Part shown: one piece after another, positions 19,761 to 28,785 of the stretch
Position numbering within the stretch: position 1 is the first letter of the stretch
Layout: each line of letters opens with the position of its first letter
Origin: Bacteroidetes bacterium UBA7692
GTDB taxonomy: Bacteria; Bacteroidota; Bacteroidia; Chitinophagales; LD1
Direction: 5' to 3'
Length of the DNA stretch: 64,000 bases
Assembly: GCA_002482725.1 (NCBI GenBank)
Contig: DLGO01000001.1
Coordinates: 856 to 64,855, forward strand
The notes under the pieces: generated by a model
What the model was told of the DNA's origin: nothing
Databases searched by the model: none
What the model saw: the letters and a program-made list of their open reading frames with translations, nothing else
Translations under genes and position numbers: made by a program

Positions 19761-20073
19761 TGCTTTTTATTATACGCTAAATACACTTTCATTCCTCAAT
19801 TTTTGATTTTTATCAAAATCGTCACAGTCTTTTATCCTGCCTGTTTTATGTAAAGAACGATTTAGGCAGCCTTGTATATTTTAGAATCAAAAAACCTGCC
19901 AAAGTATACTTCCTACATTGCAAAATTTGAAGAACTGACAGATTGCCATATGCGTGGGTAACAGGTTTTTACAAAACGCAAAATCTTTGCACTTTCCTTA
20001 AGATATGGTAAGAAGATCTGTCAGTAACGTTAAAAGTTTTTTTATTTCCATGATAAATTTCAACTTACAGCGC

Positions 20074-20580
20074 ATGAAACAACAGATACTCCTTCTTTTT
20101 ATTCTTCCGGCATTAATGTTCATCAGTGGTTGCGATAGGAAATCCTGCGACGACGCCCAGTGCAATTACCGTCAGCAATGTATCAGTGGCCAGTGCTACT
20201 GCAACAATGGATATGAAGGTAGTGCCTGCGAAACCGAGGCATACAAGAAATATGTCCGATCTTATCTCGTTTACGAAAACTGTGCACAGTCCACGCCAAC
20301 AGTAGGCCAGTATTCCTCTACTATATACAACGACCCTTCGTATATCAATAAAATTGTGATTACTAACTTTTTAGGGCAGGGGTTTTCTGTTGATGCTTAC
20401 ATCACTACCGATGGAAACAATAAAGGAAATGCAATTGCAATACAAAACCAGAACTTAGGTGGTTTCATAGTAGAAGGATACGGCACATTTGATGAGTACA
20501 ACAAACGCCTTACCATGAATGTAAACTACACCTACAACTTCGAAAGCAAAAGCTGCACGCACACATTCTATCCAAACTAA
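20074..20580 (+). CDS. lipoprotein with an EGF-like Cys-rich module
   Basis: An internal ATG of the listed 20005..20580 ORF gives MKQQILLLFILPALMFISGC (signal peptide plus lipobox). It is followed by CDDAQCNYRQQCISGQCYCNNGYEGSAC, which fits the EGF pattern C-x-C-x5-G-x2-C. Confidence 0.7.
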   Translation: MKQQILLLFILPALMFISGCDRKSCDDAQCNYRQQCISGQCYCNNGYEGSACETEAYKKYVRSYLVYENCAQSTPTVGQYSSTIYNDPSYINKIVITNFLGQGFSVDAYITTDGNNKGNAIAIQNQNLGGFIVEGYGTFDEYNKRLTMNVNYTYNFESKSCTHTFYPN

Positions 20581-20606
20581 TCGGAGAAGCAGGACGGCCG
20601 GATGGT

Positions 20607-20894
20607 CTAGTCCAGGTTTACGTCTATTACACTTTCTACAGGGATAAATACGCCCCCTTTCAGTATTACGTAGCGCTCGGTATATGCCCATACCGTTGTT
20701 TCTACTTGGCGCTGGCCTTCGGTAGTGGCAAAAAATATCTTCACTTTATTATGATACCCATTGCCCAACAGCATAGCGCGGTACAATTTCTTGTCATTGT
20801 TTTTTCGTTGGTCTATGGTTAGGTTATTGCGCTCACTTGCGAAAGAACACGCAGGGATTAACTCTTTGTCTATGCTTAGTGCTGACATTATCAT
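20607..20894 (-). CDS. hypothetical protein
   Basis: 95-aa ORF with protein-like composition, convergent with the lipoprotein gene. I recognise no family. Confidence 0.5.
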   Translation of the reverse strand: MIMSALSIDKELIPACSFASERNNLTIDQRKNNDKKLYRAMLLGNGYHNKVKIFFATTEGQRQVETTVWAYTERYVILKGGVFIPVESVIDVNLD

Positions 20895-21012
20895 AATTAG
20901 TATTTTCGTCTAGTTCATTAACATTTACGCACCTATACTGCAAAAGTTACACAATAGCCGCAGCACTGTAATAGAATTTTAGTTTCATTTGACCTCAGAA
21001 AAACAGACAGTT

Positions 21013-22152
21013 ATGAAATTTGGCACCAAGGCTATACATGCAGGCGCAGAACCGGACCCAAGCACCGGCGCTATAATGACTCCCATATACCAGACCTCTA
21101 CTTATGTGCAGGAGGCTCCCGGCAAAAATAAGGGCTACGGATATGCACGTGGCAAAAATCCGACACGTGCCGCACTCGAAAAAAATATAGCTGCGCTCGA
21201 AGACGGCAAGTATTGCCTTTGCTTCAGTTCTGGCATGGGCTCTATGGATGCGGTAATGAAAATTTTGCGCCCCGGCGATGAGGTGGTTACGGGCGATGAC
21301 CTGTATGGTGGTAGCTACCGTATGTTCACACAGATATTTGCAAACTATGGCATCAGGTTTCACTTTATAGATATGACCAATGTCGCCAATGTGCGCGCTG
21401 CGGTTAATGAAAATACAAAGCTGATATGGGTAGAAACGCCTACAAACCCGACTATGCAGATAGTGGATATAGAAGCCTGCGCAGCTATAGCTAAGGAGAA
21501 AAATATACTGCTTGCCGTAGACAATACATTCGCCTCCCCTTACCTGCAGAATCCGCTTGCACTTGGTGCAGATATAGTCATGCACAGTGTTACCAAATAC
21601 TTGGGCGGCCATAGCGATGTGGTCATGGGTGCTTTGGTTATGAACGATGATGCGCTGTACAGCAAAATCTCCTTTATACATAACTCGTGCGGAGCCACAC
21701 CGGGGCCTATGGACTCATTTCTGGTGATGCGCGGCATCAAAACCCTGCACCTGCGCATGGAGCGCCATTGTTATAATGGGCGCAAAGTTGCAGAGTTCCT
21801 GCGCCACCATCCTGCTCTGGAAAAAGTCTACTGGCCGGGTTTCGAAGACCACCCCAACCACGACATAGCAAAGAAACAAATGCGTGACTTTGGTGGTATG
21901 ATTTCCATAGTGTTAAAGGATAAAAGCATAGAAAACACTTTCCGCATAGCTTCTTCTTTTCATGTATTCTCCCTGGCAGAGTCGCTGGGCGGTGTAGAAA
22001 GCCTTATCAATCATCCTGCTACCATGACACACGCCTCTATACCAAAAGCAGAGCGCGAGCGTGTAGGTGTGGTAGACAATTTATTGCGTCTGAGCGTGGG
22101 TGTAGAAGATGTAGAAGACCTTATTGAGGATTTAAAACAGGCCTTGGGTTAA
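21013..22152 (+). CDS. Cys/Met-metabolism PLP-dependent enzyme (cystathionine gamma-synthase/gamma-lyase/beta-lyase family)
   Basis: The ATG at 21013 (MKFGTKAIHAG...) is more likely than the TTG at 20989. The PLP-Lys context is HSVTKYLGGHSDV and the C-terminus is LRLSVGVEDVEDLIEDL, both typical of the trans-sulfuration family. Confidence 0.9.
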   Translation: MKFGTKAIHAGAEPDPSTGAIMTPIYQTSTYVQEAPGKNKGYGYARGKNPTRAALEKNIAALEDGKYCLCFSSGMGSMDAVMKILRPGDEVVTGDDLYGGSYRMFTQIFANYGIRFHFIDMTNVANVRAAVNENTKLIWVETPTNPTMQIVDIEACAAIAKEKNILLAVDNTFASPYLQNPLALGADIVMHSVTKYLGGHSDVVMGALVMNDDALYSKISFIHNSCGATPGPMDSFLVMRGIKTLHLRMERHCYNGRKVAEFLRHHPALEKVYWPGFEDHPNHDIAKKQMRDFGGMISIVLKDKSIENTFRIASSFHVFSLAESLGGVESLINHPATMTHASIPKAERERVGVVDNLLRLSVGVEDVEDLIEDLKQALG

Positions 22153-22235
22153 TTTTATATACTCAAAAAGCCGATTTTTAGTCACTAACCCTATCTTCGC
22201 GCACGTTTCTATCAATAAAATATCAAAATACTTAT

Positions 22236-23375
22236 ATGCTATTTGACCTTACAGAAGAGCAGTTAATGATTAAGCAGGCAGCTCGCGACTTTGCCCAAAA
22301 CGAATGTAAACCGGGTGTTGTGGAGCGCGACGATCATCAGTCTTACCCTACAGAACTGGTAAAAAGAATGGGTGAGCTGGGCTTCCTGGGTATGATGGTA
22401 GACCCTAAATACGGCGGTGGCGGTATGGATACCCTTAGCTATGTGTTGGCGCTGGAGGAAATTTCTAAAGTAGATAACTCTTGTTCGGTTATCATGAGCG
22501 TAAACAACTCGCTTGTTTGCTGGGGCCTTCAGGAGTTCGGCACCGAGGAGCAAAAGCAAAAATACCTGACACCACTAGCCAAAGGTGAAATCCTGGGCGC
22601 ATTTTGCCTGAGTGAGCCGGAGGCCGGTAGCGATGCTACCTCTCAGCAAACTACTGCAAAGGATATGGGCGACCATTACCTGTTGAACGGTACAAAAAAC
22701 TGGATAACAAACGGTGGCATGGCTACTGTTTACCTGGTTATAGCGCAGACATATCCAGAGAAAGGACACAAAGGCATCAACGTATTGATTGTAGAGCGCG
22801 ACATGCCGGGCTTCGTTATCGGGCGTAAGGAAGATAAGCTGGGTATCCGTTCTTCTGACACGCATACGCTTATGTTTACCGATGTAAAGGTTCCTAAGGA
22901 AAACCGCATAGGCGAAGATGGCTTTGGCTTCAAATTCGCTATGAAAACACTTAGCGGAGGCCGTATTGGTATCGCCGCCCAGGCTTTGGGCATAGGTGCC
23001 GGTGCTTACGAGCTGGCAGTTGACTATTCTAAGCAGCGCAAGGCTTTCAAAACAGAGATCATCAACCACCAGGCTATTGCATTCAAGCTGGCTGATATGG
23101 CTACAGATATTGAGGCTGCCCGTTTGCTGGTGTACAAATCTGCTTCCCTGAAAGACGAAGGCAAAAACTATGACTTGGCAAGCTCTATGGCTAAGCTGTA
23201 TGCTGCCGAAACTGCTATGAAACACACCGTAGAAGCGGTACAGATACATGGTGGCTACGGATTTGTAAAAGAATACCACGTAGAGCGATTGATGCGCGAT
23301 GCAAAGATCACACAGATATACGAGGGCACCAGCGAGGTACAAAAAATCGTTATCTCCCGTTCAGTATTGTCATAA
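22236..23375 (+). CDS. acyl-CoA dehydrogenase (short/medium-chain type)
   Basis: 379 aa. CLSEPEAGSDA, WITNGG, the catalitic-base region IYEGTSEVQ (catalytic base) and QIHGGYGF match ACAD motifs. Confidence 0.9.
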   Translation: MLFDLTEEQLMIKQAARDFAQNECKPGVVERDDHQSYPTELVKRMGELGFLGMMVDPKYGGGGMDTLSYVLALEEISKVDNSCSVIMSVNNSLVCWGLQEFGTEEQKQKYLTPLAKGEILGAFCLSEPEAGSDATSQQTTAKDMGDHYLLNGTKNWITNGGMATVYLVIAQTYPEKGHKGINVLIVERDMPGFVIGRKEDKLGIRSSDTHTLMFTDVKVPKENRIGEDGFGFKFAMKTLSGGRIGIAAQALGIGAGAYELAVDYSKQRKAFKTEIINHQAIAFKLADMATDIEAARLLVYKSASLKDEGKNYDLASSMAKLYAAETAMKHTVEAVQIHGGYGFVKEYHVERLMRDAKITQIYEGTSEVQKIVISRSVLS

Positions 23376-23399
23376 GCTTACAGCTACTTTATATCAAAA

Positions 23400-23430
23400 G
23401 GCCCTCCCCGGAGGGCCTTTTGTGTTTTTG
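23400..23430 (+). terminator. Rho-independent terminator after the acyl-CoA dehydrogenase gene
   Basis: GGCCCTCC (23400-23407), loop CC, GGAGGGCC (23410-23417), followed by TTTTGTGTTTTT. Confidence 0.85.
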
Positions 23431-23508
23431 CCTTGTTAATATTCCCAACTATTAGCGGTTCAGGATGCTGCAAAACGCCACTGATATAAAAAACGCTATT
23501 TTTACACG

Positions 23509-23946
23509 GTGAATAATCAAAATCCTCAGGAACATGCCGGTGAAATGTTCCACGATAGTGCTCTTAGGAAGACTACTCCCTTTCAGCACTTTTCAGTAGC
23601 GCTCATAGCAGGTGTTTTGGGCATGCTTGTAGCTAAGTATTACTTCCGCTCAAATGATGGGGTGGGTTTTATGGGCTGCTTCGGGCTTATGTTTTATGCA
23701 TTGTTCAATCCCTGGTTGTTTATGCTGGCCGCCAATTCATTAAAGTATTTCCTCACTTCACTGTCGTTGTATGTTTTGCTTACACTGTTCATGTTTGGGG
23801 CCATCTACTTTTTTACGGGCGAAAGCATCATGAACAAATGGGACCTGCGCATTATCATCATTTCTGCCACTTTCTTTTATTTCGTGGCGTTTGGCATGAT
23901 GCGCCTTTTAAAACTTATTTTGGATACAGACGACGACAAACTATAG
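23509..23946 (+). CDS. hypothetical membrane protein
   Basis: 145 aa (GTG start as listed; a later Met is possible). It has four predicted hydrophobic helices and lies 9 nt upstream of fur. Confidence 0.55.
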   Translation: MNNQNPQEHAGEMFHDSALRKTTPFQHFSVALIAGVLGMLVAKYYFRSNDGVGFMGCFGLMFYALFNPWLFMLAANSLKYFLTSLSLYVLLTLFMFGAIYFFTGESIMNKWDLRIIIISATFFYFVAFGMMRLLKLILDTDDDKL

Positions 23947-23955
23947 GAGAGCAAT

Positions 23956-24438
23956 ATGGCATCGACAAAAGATACAATACTGGAGATAAGGAATATTTTT
24001 TCGGCCTACCTGGAGCAGAAAGACCTGCGAAAAACCAGTGAGCGCTTTGCCATACTGGAAGAAATATACTCCCGCACCGACCATTTCGATGCAGAGGCAC
24101 TGTATGTAGAGATATTGAAAAAGGGATTCAATGTAAGCCGCGCCACGGTGTACAATACACTGGAGCTATTGGTTAGCTGCGATCTGGTAAAAAAACACCA
24201 GTTTGGTAAAAACCAGGCCCAGTACGAAAAAAGCTATGGCTACAGGCAGCACGACCATATTATATGTGTCGATTGCAAAAAGGTGGTGGAGTTCTGCGAC
24301 CCACGCATCCACCAGATCAAAAGCATGATGGGCGATTTGCTGAATTTTAAGATTACGCACCACTCGCTGAATCTTTATGGCGTTTGTGGCAGTTGCCAGT
24401 TGAAGCGCGACATAGCAACTACGGCTATTGCAAAATAA
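23956..24438 (+). CDS. fur: Fur family transcriptional regulator
   Basis: 160 aa. It has a winged-helix N-terminus (RATVYNTLELL) and metal-site motifs HDHIICVDC and HHSLNLYGVCGSC. Confidence 0.85.
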   Translation: MASTKDTILEIRNIFSAYLEQKDLRKTSERFAILEEIYSRTDHFDAEALYVEILKKGFNVSRATVYNTLELLVSCDLVKKHQFGKNQAQYEKSYGYRQHDHIICVDCKKVVEFCDPRIHQIKSMMGDLLNFKITHHSLNLYGVCGSCQLKRDIATTAIAK

Positions 24439-24573
24439 AAAAGAGGTCGCCCAACCATCTCGGACAACCTCTTCATAAAAAACAAAGCAAAAGTTTTAAT
24501 CGGGAAACTGAGAAAATTTGAACGAAAACAGTTTCCTTTTTATAACAGACCGTTTCAAGTCAAAAACGGTTGC

Positions 24574-25026
24574 TTAGAAGGTAAGACTGGCACCTGCGCC
24601 ATTATCTATCGCACCCAGCTCAAGTCTAAGTTTGTAGTGCGGGTACCTTGTTTTTATATCATGTATGCATTTTACGCCCAGTGTGGTTAGTATGGCAGAT
24701 ACTGCAAGTGAGCCTGCGCCTACGCCTATCAGTATTTTACCGTTCCTGTCCCAACGTTTTGCGTACTGTGCACGTTGTTCTTTGTTAAAGTGAGCCGAGT
24801 AATCCGGTGCTTTATTAGCTTTTACCAAACCTGCAGCAAGGCAGCTTCCACCTACTACACCCAATACGCCACCTTCTATAAGGTATAGCTTGGCGTGCGT
24901 TTGCAATTTATCATAATTGATAAGGCGAACAGATGAAGGAGTTTTGTAACGTGAATCTTCTTGTGTTTGCGATGAAACATTTTTCGCTACAAGGAGTATA
25001 AGAAGAAGAGCAACTATATTTTTCAT
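24574..25026 (-). CDS. hypothetical secreted or membrane protein
   Basis: The start is taken at the Met giving MKNIVALLLILLVAKNVSSQ (signal peptide). It has Gly-rich hydrophobic segments and ends in ...GASLTF. Confidence 0.55.
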   Translation of the reverse strand: MKNIVALLLILLVAKNVSSQTQEDSRYKTPSSVRLINYDKLQTHAKLYLIEGGVLGVVGGSCLAAGLVKANKAPDYSAHFNKEQRAQYAKRWDRNGKILIGVGAGSLAVSAILTTLGVKCIHDIKTRYPHYKLRLELGAIDNGAGASLTF

Positions 25027-25125
25027 ATTACTTACTGTGTTTTGCATACCTGTAAAGTAGTATCGTTAAATGTTTTTGTCAAGCATTTGTGTAACCTTTT
25101 TTATTATTTCGCGTAGGGGTGTTTT

Positions 25126-25575
25126 TTATTCCTTTTGTCGCGAATCGACTGAAATCGTTACAGGGCCATCGTTTACGAGCGCTACAGACATGTCTGCGCC
25201 AAACTCGCCCGTCTGGATTTTTCCGGCAAGCGCTTCCATTTTTAACAAAAACTGTTGGTACAGCGGTATAGCTATATTAGGTTTTGCCGCCTTTATAAAG
25301 GAAGGCCGGTTTCCTTTTTTGGTTGCTGCATACAGCGTAAACTGGCTTACAACCAGTATTTCCCCTTTTATATCCAGTACGCTCAGGTTCATCAGCCCTG
25401 CCTCATCGTTGAATATGCGCATGTTCACCACTTTGGCGGCCATCCATTCTATATCCTCTTGGGTATCCTCTGCTTCAAACCCCACCAGCACCAGCAGCCC
25501 CTGCCCGATAGCGCTCTTCACTACTCCTTCTATAGTTACACTAGCCTCTTTTACCCTTTGTATTATTACGCGCAT
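25126..25575 (-). CDS. dtd: D-aminoacyl-tRNA deacylase
   Basis: 149 aa. MRVIIQRV...SVTIEG and SQFTLYAATKKGNRPSF match Dtd. Confidence 0.9.
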   Translation of the reverse strand: MRVIIQRVKEASVTIEGVVKSAIGQGLLVLVGFEAEDTQEDIEWMAAKVVNMRIFNDEAGLMNLSVLDIKGEILVVSQFTLYAATKKGNRPSFIKAAKPNIAIPLYQQFLLKMEALAGKIQTGEFGADMSVALVNDGPVTISVDSRQKE

Positions 25576-25731
25576 TTCTTTTTGGTTTCCTGATTCAATA
25601 TTAATGTAATCAGTTTGTCTTCCCTATTTGCAACAAACCACACCAAACACCCGTCTGTTGATGGTTAAAAGGGATGCATCTTGATTTTTCCCATAAATTA
25701 TTTACTTTCAGCATCCGAAGATGTTCTGTCC

Positions 25732-27207
25732 ATGAAGAAAATTTTATACATCACCATTGGTCTCCTTGCTGCTCAGGCATCACACGCTCAGGCATTGTTC
25801 TATAACAATGGTGCCGATGTGCATGTGTCCGATGGTGCCTTCATGATCGTAAAGACAGGCTCTGTACAAAATGCCGCAGGCACCATTACCACCAACGGAA
25901 CCGTAGTGGTAGAGGGCAACGTGCAAAATGATGCTACCATCACCGCCTCCGGCGATACCATCCGCCTTACAGGCGATTGGATAAACAATGGTGCTTATGC
26001 AGGTGCATCAGCCAGCACCGTAGATTTCTTCGGAGGCGCACAGTCGCTTACCGGCACACAAAAAACCGTTTTTGTCAATGCCAATCTTTTGGGTGGCAAC
26101 ACAGTTAAGACCCAAACGATAGACCAGGAAGTTTCAGGCATATTGAATCTGTCCAATGCCGAATTGGCTACGGCAGACTTCGAAATGCTTGTAAGCAATA
26201 ACAGCACTACGGCCGTTCAACGCCAGGCGGGTTTTGTTTCCAGCCTCAACCAGGGTCGTCTTTCGCGCCGCACCAATGCTACTGCGGCTTATTTTTTCCC
26301 AACAGCATCTCCATCCAGCTTGGGTACTCCATTGTACCGTCCGGTTGAGTTTAGGCCTTCATCAGCTACAGCCAGCATTTATGGCGTGCGTACCATCAAG
26401 GGCGATGCTACTCTGGATGGGTTCGATGTTACACTCTTCGACGATAGCCTGTGTAAGGTAAACCCGAACTTCTATCACCACCTGCACCAAACCTTGGGCA
26501 ATAACCCTGCTTCTATTACCATGTTCTACGACCAGTCTACCGATGGCGGTTGGAACACGCAGGCGCATTGGGACAACACCCGCTGGGCAGATATGGCCAA
26601 CAATTCCATAGGTTCAGGACAGGGTTTTACCACTACTACCGTGAGCACATGGAACAACTTTACGCCAATACAGTTTGCTTTGGCTAACAAGAAATTTACC
26701 ATAGATGCCGGCGATGATGTGCTGTTAGCCGAAGGCGAAACAGGGCAGTTTCAACCGATTATCCTGAACGTAGTCGGCCCTACTTACGAGTGGTCTCCGC
26801 CTACATACCTGGCTTGCACCGATTGCCCTACCCCTGATGTTACCCCTTCCGAAAACACCACCTATCAGCTATTGGTTACCGATGCTTCCGGCTGTACCGC
26901 TACCGATTCAGTACGTGCGCTTATCATCAACGATGTATTGCTATTGCCTACAGGTTTCTCGCCAAACAGCGATGGGGTAAACGATTTATTCCGCGCGGCC
27001 AACAAGAACCTTAAAAAACTGGTGTTACAAGTCTACAACCGTTGGGGCGAAAAGGTATTTGAATCAGTTGGACCTAAAGACGGCTGGGATGGTTTCTACA
27101 AAAACAGCGAACAGGCAATAGGCACCTATACATGGCGCGCCGAATACCAGACCACCAACATGAAAAAGGCTAAGTTCGAAAGCGGCAACGTTACCCTTAT
27201 CCGCTAA
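25732..27207 (+). CDS. secreted protein with a gliding-motility-associated / T9SS type B C-terminal sorting domain
   Basis: The start is taken at MKKILYITIGLLAAQASHAQA (signal peptide). The C-terminal domain (LPTGFSPNSDGVNDLF...VYNRWGEKVFES...GWDG...GTYTW) is the CHU_C/type B CTD pattern. Confidence 0.8.
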   Translation: MKKILYITIGLLAAQASHAQALFYNNGADVHVSDGAFMIVKTGSVQNAAGTITTNGTVVVEGNVQNDATITASGDTIRLTGDWINNGAYAGASASTVDFFGGAQSLTGTQKTVFVNANLLGGNTVKTQTIDQEVSGILNLSNAELATADFEMLVSNNSTTAVQRQAGFVSSLNQGRLSRRTNATAAYFFPTASPSSLGTPLYRPVEFRPSSATASIYGVRTIKGDATLDGFDVTLFDDSLCKVNPNFYHHLHQTLGNNPASITMFYDQSTDGGWNTQAHWDNTRWADMANNSIGSGQGFTTTTVSTWNNFTPIQFALANKKFTIDAGDDVLLAEGETGQFQPIILNVVGPTYEWSPPTYLACTDCPTPDVTPSENTTYQLLVTDASGCTATDSVRALIINDVLLLPTGFSPNSDGVNDLFRAANKNLKKLVLQVYNRWGEKVFESVGPKDGWDGFYKNSEQAIGTYTWRAEYQTTNMKKAKFESGNVTLIR

Positions 27208-27220
27208 GCAATTTTCTTTT

Positions 27221-27805
27221 TTAAGAAGCCTCTCCCTCTTCATCCGGCCTCAGCCGCACTATCACCCAAAACATCAGCACATCAAACAATATATGCGCGG
27301 TTATGGCCGACCATATACCATACAGGTAATACAAGTATCCGAACCCGGCACTCACTAGTATCAAGAACAGGCCATAGATAAACAACATCACCTTTTTCGG
27401 GTTCAGGTACCCGTGCAGCAGCACAAACAATATAGCCGTGGGCCATACAAATATCCATTGCTGTATAGCACCTCTGAATAGTATTTCCTCGCCCACTCCG
27501 GCACAGGTAGAATAGAATCCGATATGGAATATACTTGGCTTTGCTTTAGAGAAAAGCTCGCTGAACAGCAGGTTAAATTTGCTCATGCTCTTGCGTTTCA
27601 CCAGCAATAACCCAAGCCCTCCGGCCCCAAGGCCAAAAACCGAACCATACAGTAGCTGTTTCCACCATACCGATCCGGTCCACAAAAATTCGGTAATTGT
27701 TTTTTTACCGCTGAAGTGGATGATCATAAAGCCCAGCGCACCCATCCCTAAAATGTTGAGCAAGCTGAGGTAAAACAAAGATTGGCGCGAAAATTTGACT
27801 GGCAT
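27221..27805 (-). CDS. CPBP family intramembrane glutamic endopeptidase (CAAX protease-like)
   Basis: 194 aa polytopic protein. It has GVGEEILFRG (EExxxR), FVLLHG and AHILFD motifs. Confidence 0.8.
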   Translation of the reverse strand: MPVKFSRQSLFYLSLLNILGMGALGFMIIHFSGKKTITEFLWTGSVWWKQLLYGSVFGLGAGGLGLLLVKRKSMSKFNLLFSELFSKAKPSIFHIGFYSTCAGVGEEILFRGAIQQWIFVWPTAILFVLLHGYLNPKKVMLFIYGLFLILVSAGFGYLYYLYGIWSAITAHILFDVLMFWVIVRLRPDEEGEAS

Positions 27806-28038
27806 TAACCGTTTAATTCAAAAGCAATATAATTTGTTTGATATGATGATGCAATTCTATACTTGTTCACAGTTGCTTCATTTCCTTTGTTTATCGCAAT
27901 ATTCATACAACAGGCGGCCTTTAGAAAAGGTTGTTGCTCCTCTGGTTAAACGGTATGCAGTGCTTTTATTTCACAACAGGGCCAAAACATCTGCCGCTAT
28001 ATTCCGCAACTATGGCAAAGAATTTATAACATTGCTAC

Positions 28039-28776
28039 ATGCTGATTTTACGTTCAGAAAATTTGGTGAAGAGCTATAAGGGCCGAACGGTTGTTAATGA
28101 GGTGAGCGTGCAGGTGCAGCAGGGCGAAATTGTTGGTTTGCTTGGTCCTAATGGCGCAGGTAAAACAACCACGTTCTATATGACTGTTGGTCTCATCACA
28201 CCAGATGCCGGCAGGGTTTATCTGGCAGATAAGGATATTACTTCATTGCCGATGTATAAGCGCGCACAGGCAGGCGTGGGGTATTTACCCCAGGAAGCCT
28301 CAGTTTTCCGCAACCTCAGTGTAGAGGATAATGTGGCAGCTGTGCTCGAAATGACAGACCTTTCCAAGTCGCAGCAAAAAGAAAAGCTGGAATCACTACT
28401 ATCCGAATTCGGTCTGAATCGCGTACGCAAAAGCATGGGAAATGTACTGAGTGGTGGCGAGCGCCGTCGTACAGAAATAGCGCGGGCATTGGCTACAGAC
28501 CCTAAGTTTATCTTACTGGATGAGCCTTTCGCTGGTATAGACCCGATTGCAGTAGAGGACATTCAAGGTATCGTAGCACGACTAAAAGAAAAGAACATAG
28601 GAATACTCATAACCGACCACAACGTACAGGAAACCCTTTCTATCACCGACCGGGCATACTTATTGTTCGAAGGAAAGATATTGAAACAAGGGGTGGCCGA
28701 AGAACTTGCGGAAGATGAAATGGTGCGCAAGGTGTATCTCGGCCAGAACTTTGTATTGAGAAGAAAAAATCTCTAG
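28039..28776 (+). CDS. lptB: LPS export ABC transporter ATP-binding protein
   Basis: 245 aa. Walker [12 protein letters not shown], signature LSGGERRR, Walker [12 protein letters not shown] and the LptB-type C-terminus VRKVYLG. Confidence 0.9.
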   Translation: MLILRSENLVKSYKGRTVVNEVSVQVQQGEIVGLLGPNGAGKTTTFYMTVGLITPDAGRVYLADKDITSLPMYKRAQAGVGYLPQEASVFRNLSVEDNVAAVLEMTDLSKSQQKEKLESLLSEFGLNRVRKSMGNVLSGGERRRTEIARALATDPKFILLDEPFAGIDPIAVEDIQGIVARLKEKNIGILITDHNVQETLSITDRAYLLFEGKILKQGVAEELAEDEMVRKVYLGQNFVLRRKNL

Positions 28777-28785
28777 ACAAAAGCT

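Noticed and set aside
19601-19792. 63-aa minus-strand ORF inside the repeat island
   Set aside because: It reads through copies of the TGAGGGT word (as LRV/PQR-type peptides). It has no signal or motif, and the equivalent frame in the other repeat unit is interrupted by stops.
20895-21012. SAM-type riboswitch upstream of the trans-sulfuration PLP enzyme
   Set aside because: The leader is AT-rich and lacks the conserved paired elements of SAM-I or SAM-II classes as far as I can judge by eye.
20995-23342. Long minus-strand ORFs (20995..21681 at 228 aa, 22575..23342 at 255 aa)
   Set aside because: They are antisense to the PLP enzyme and acyl-CoA dehydrogenase genes. Their composition is non-protein-like and the sense genes carry diagnostic motifs.
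27795-28079. 94-aa + strand ORF in the CPBP / lptB divergent spacer
   Set aside because: Its 3' end overlaps the lptB start in another frame. It has hydrophobic, low-complexity composition and is more likely promoter DNA.
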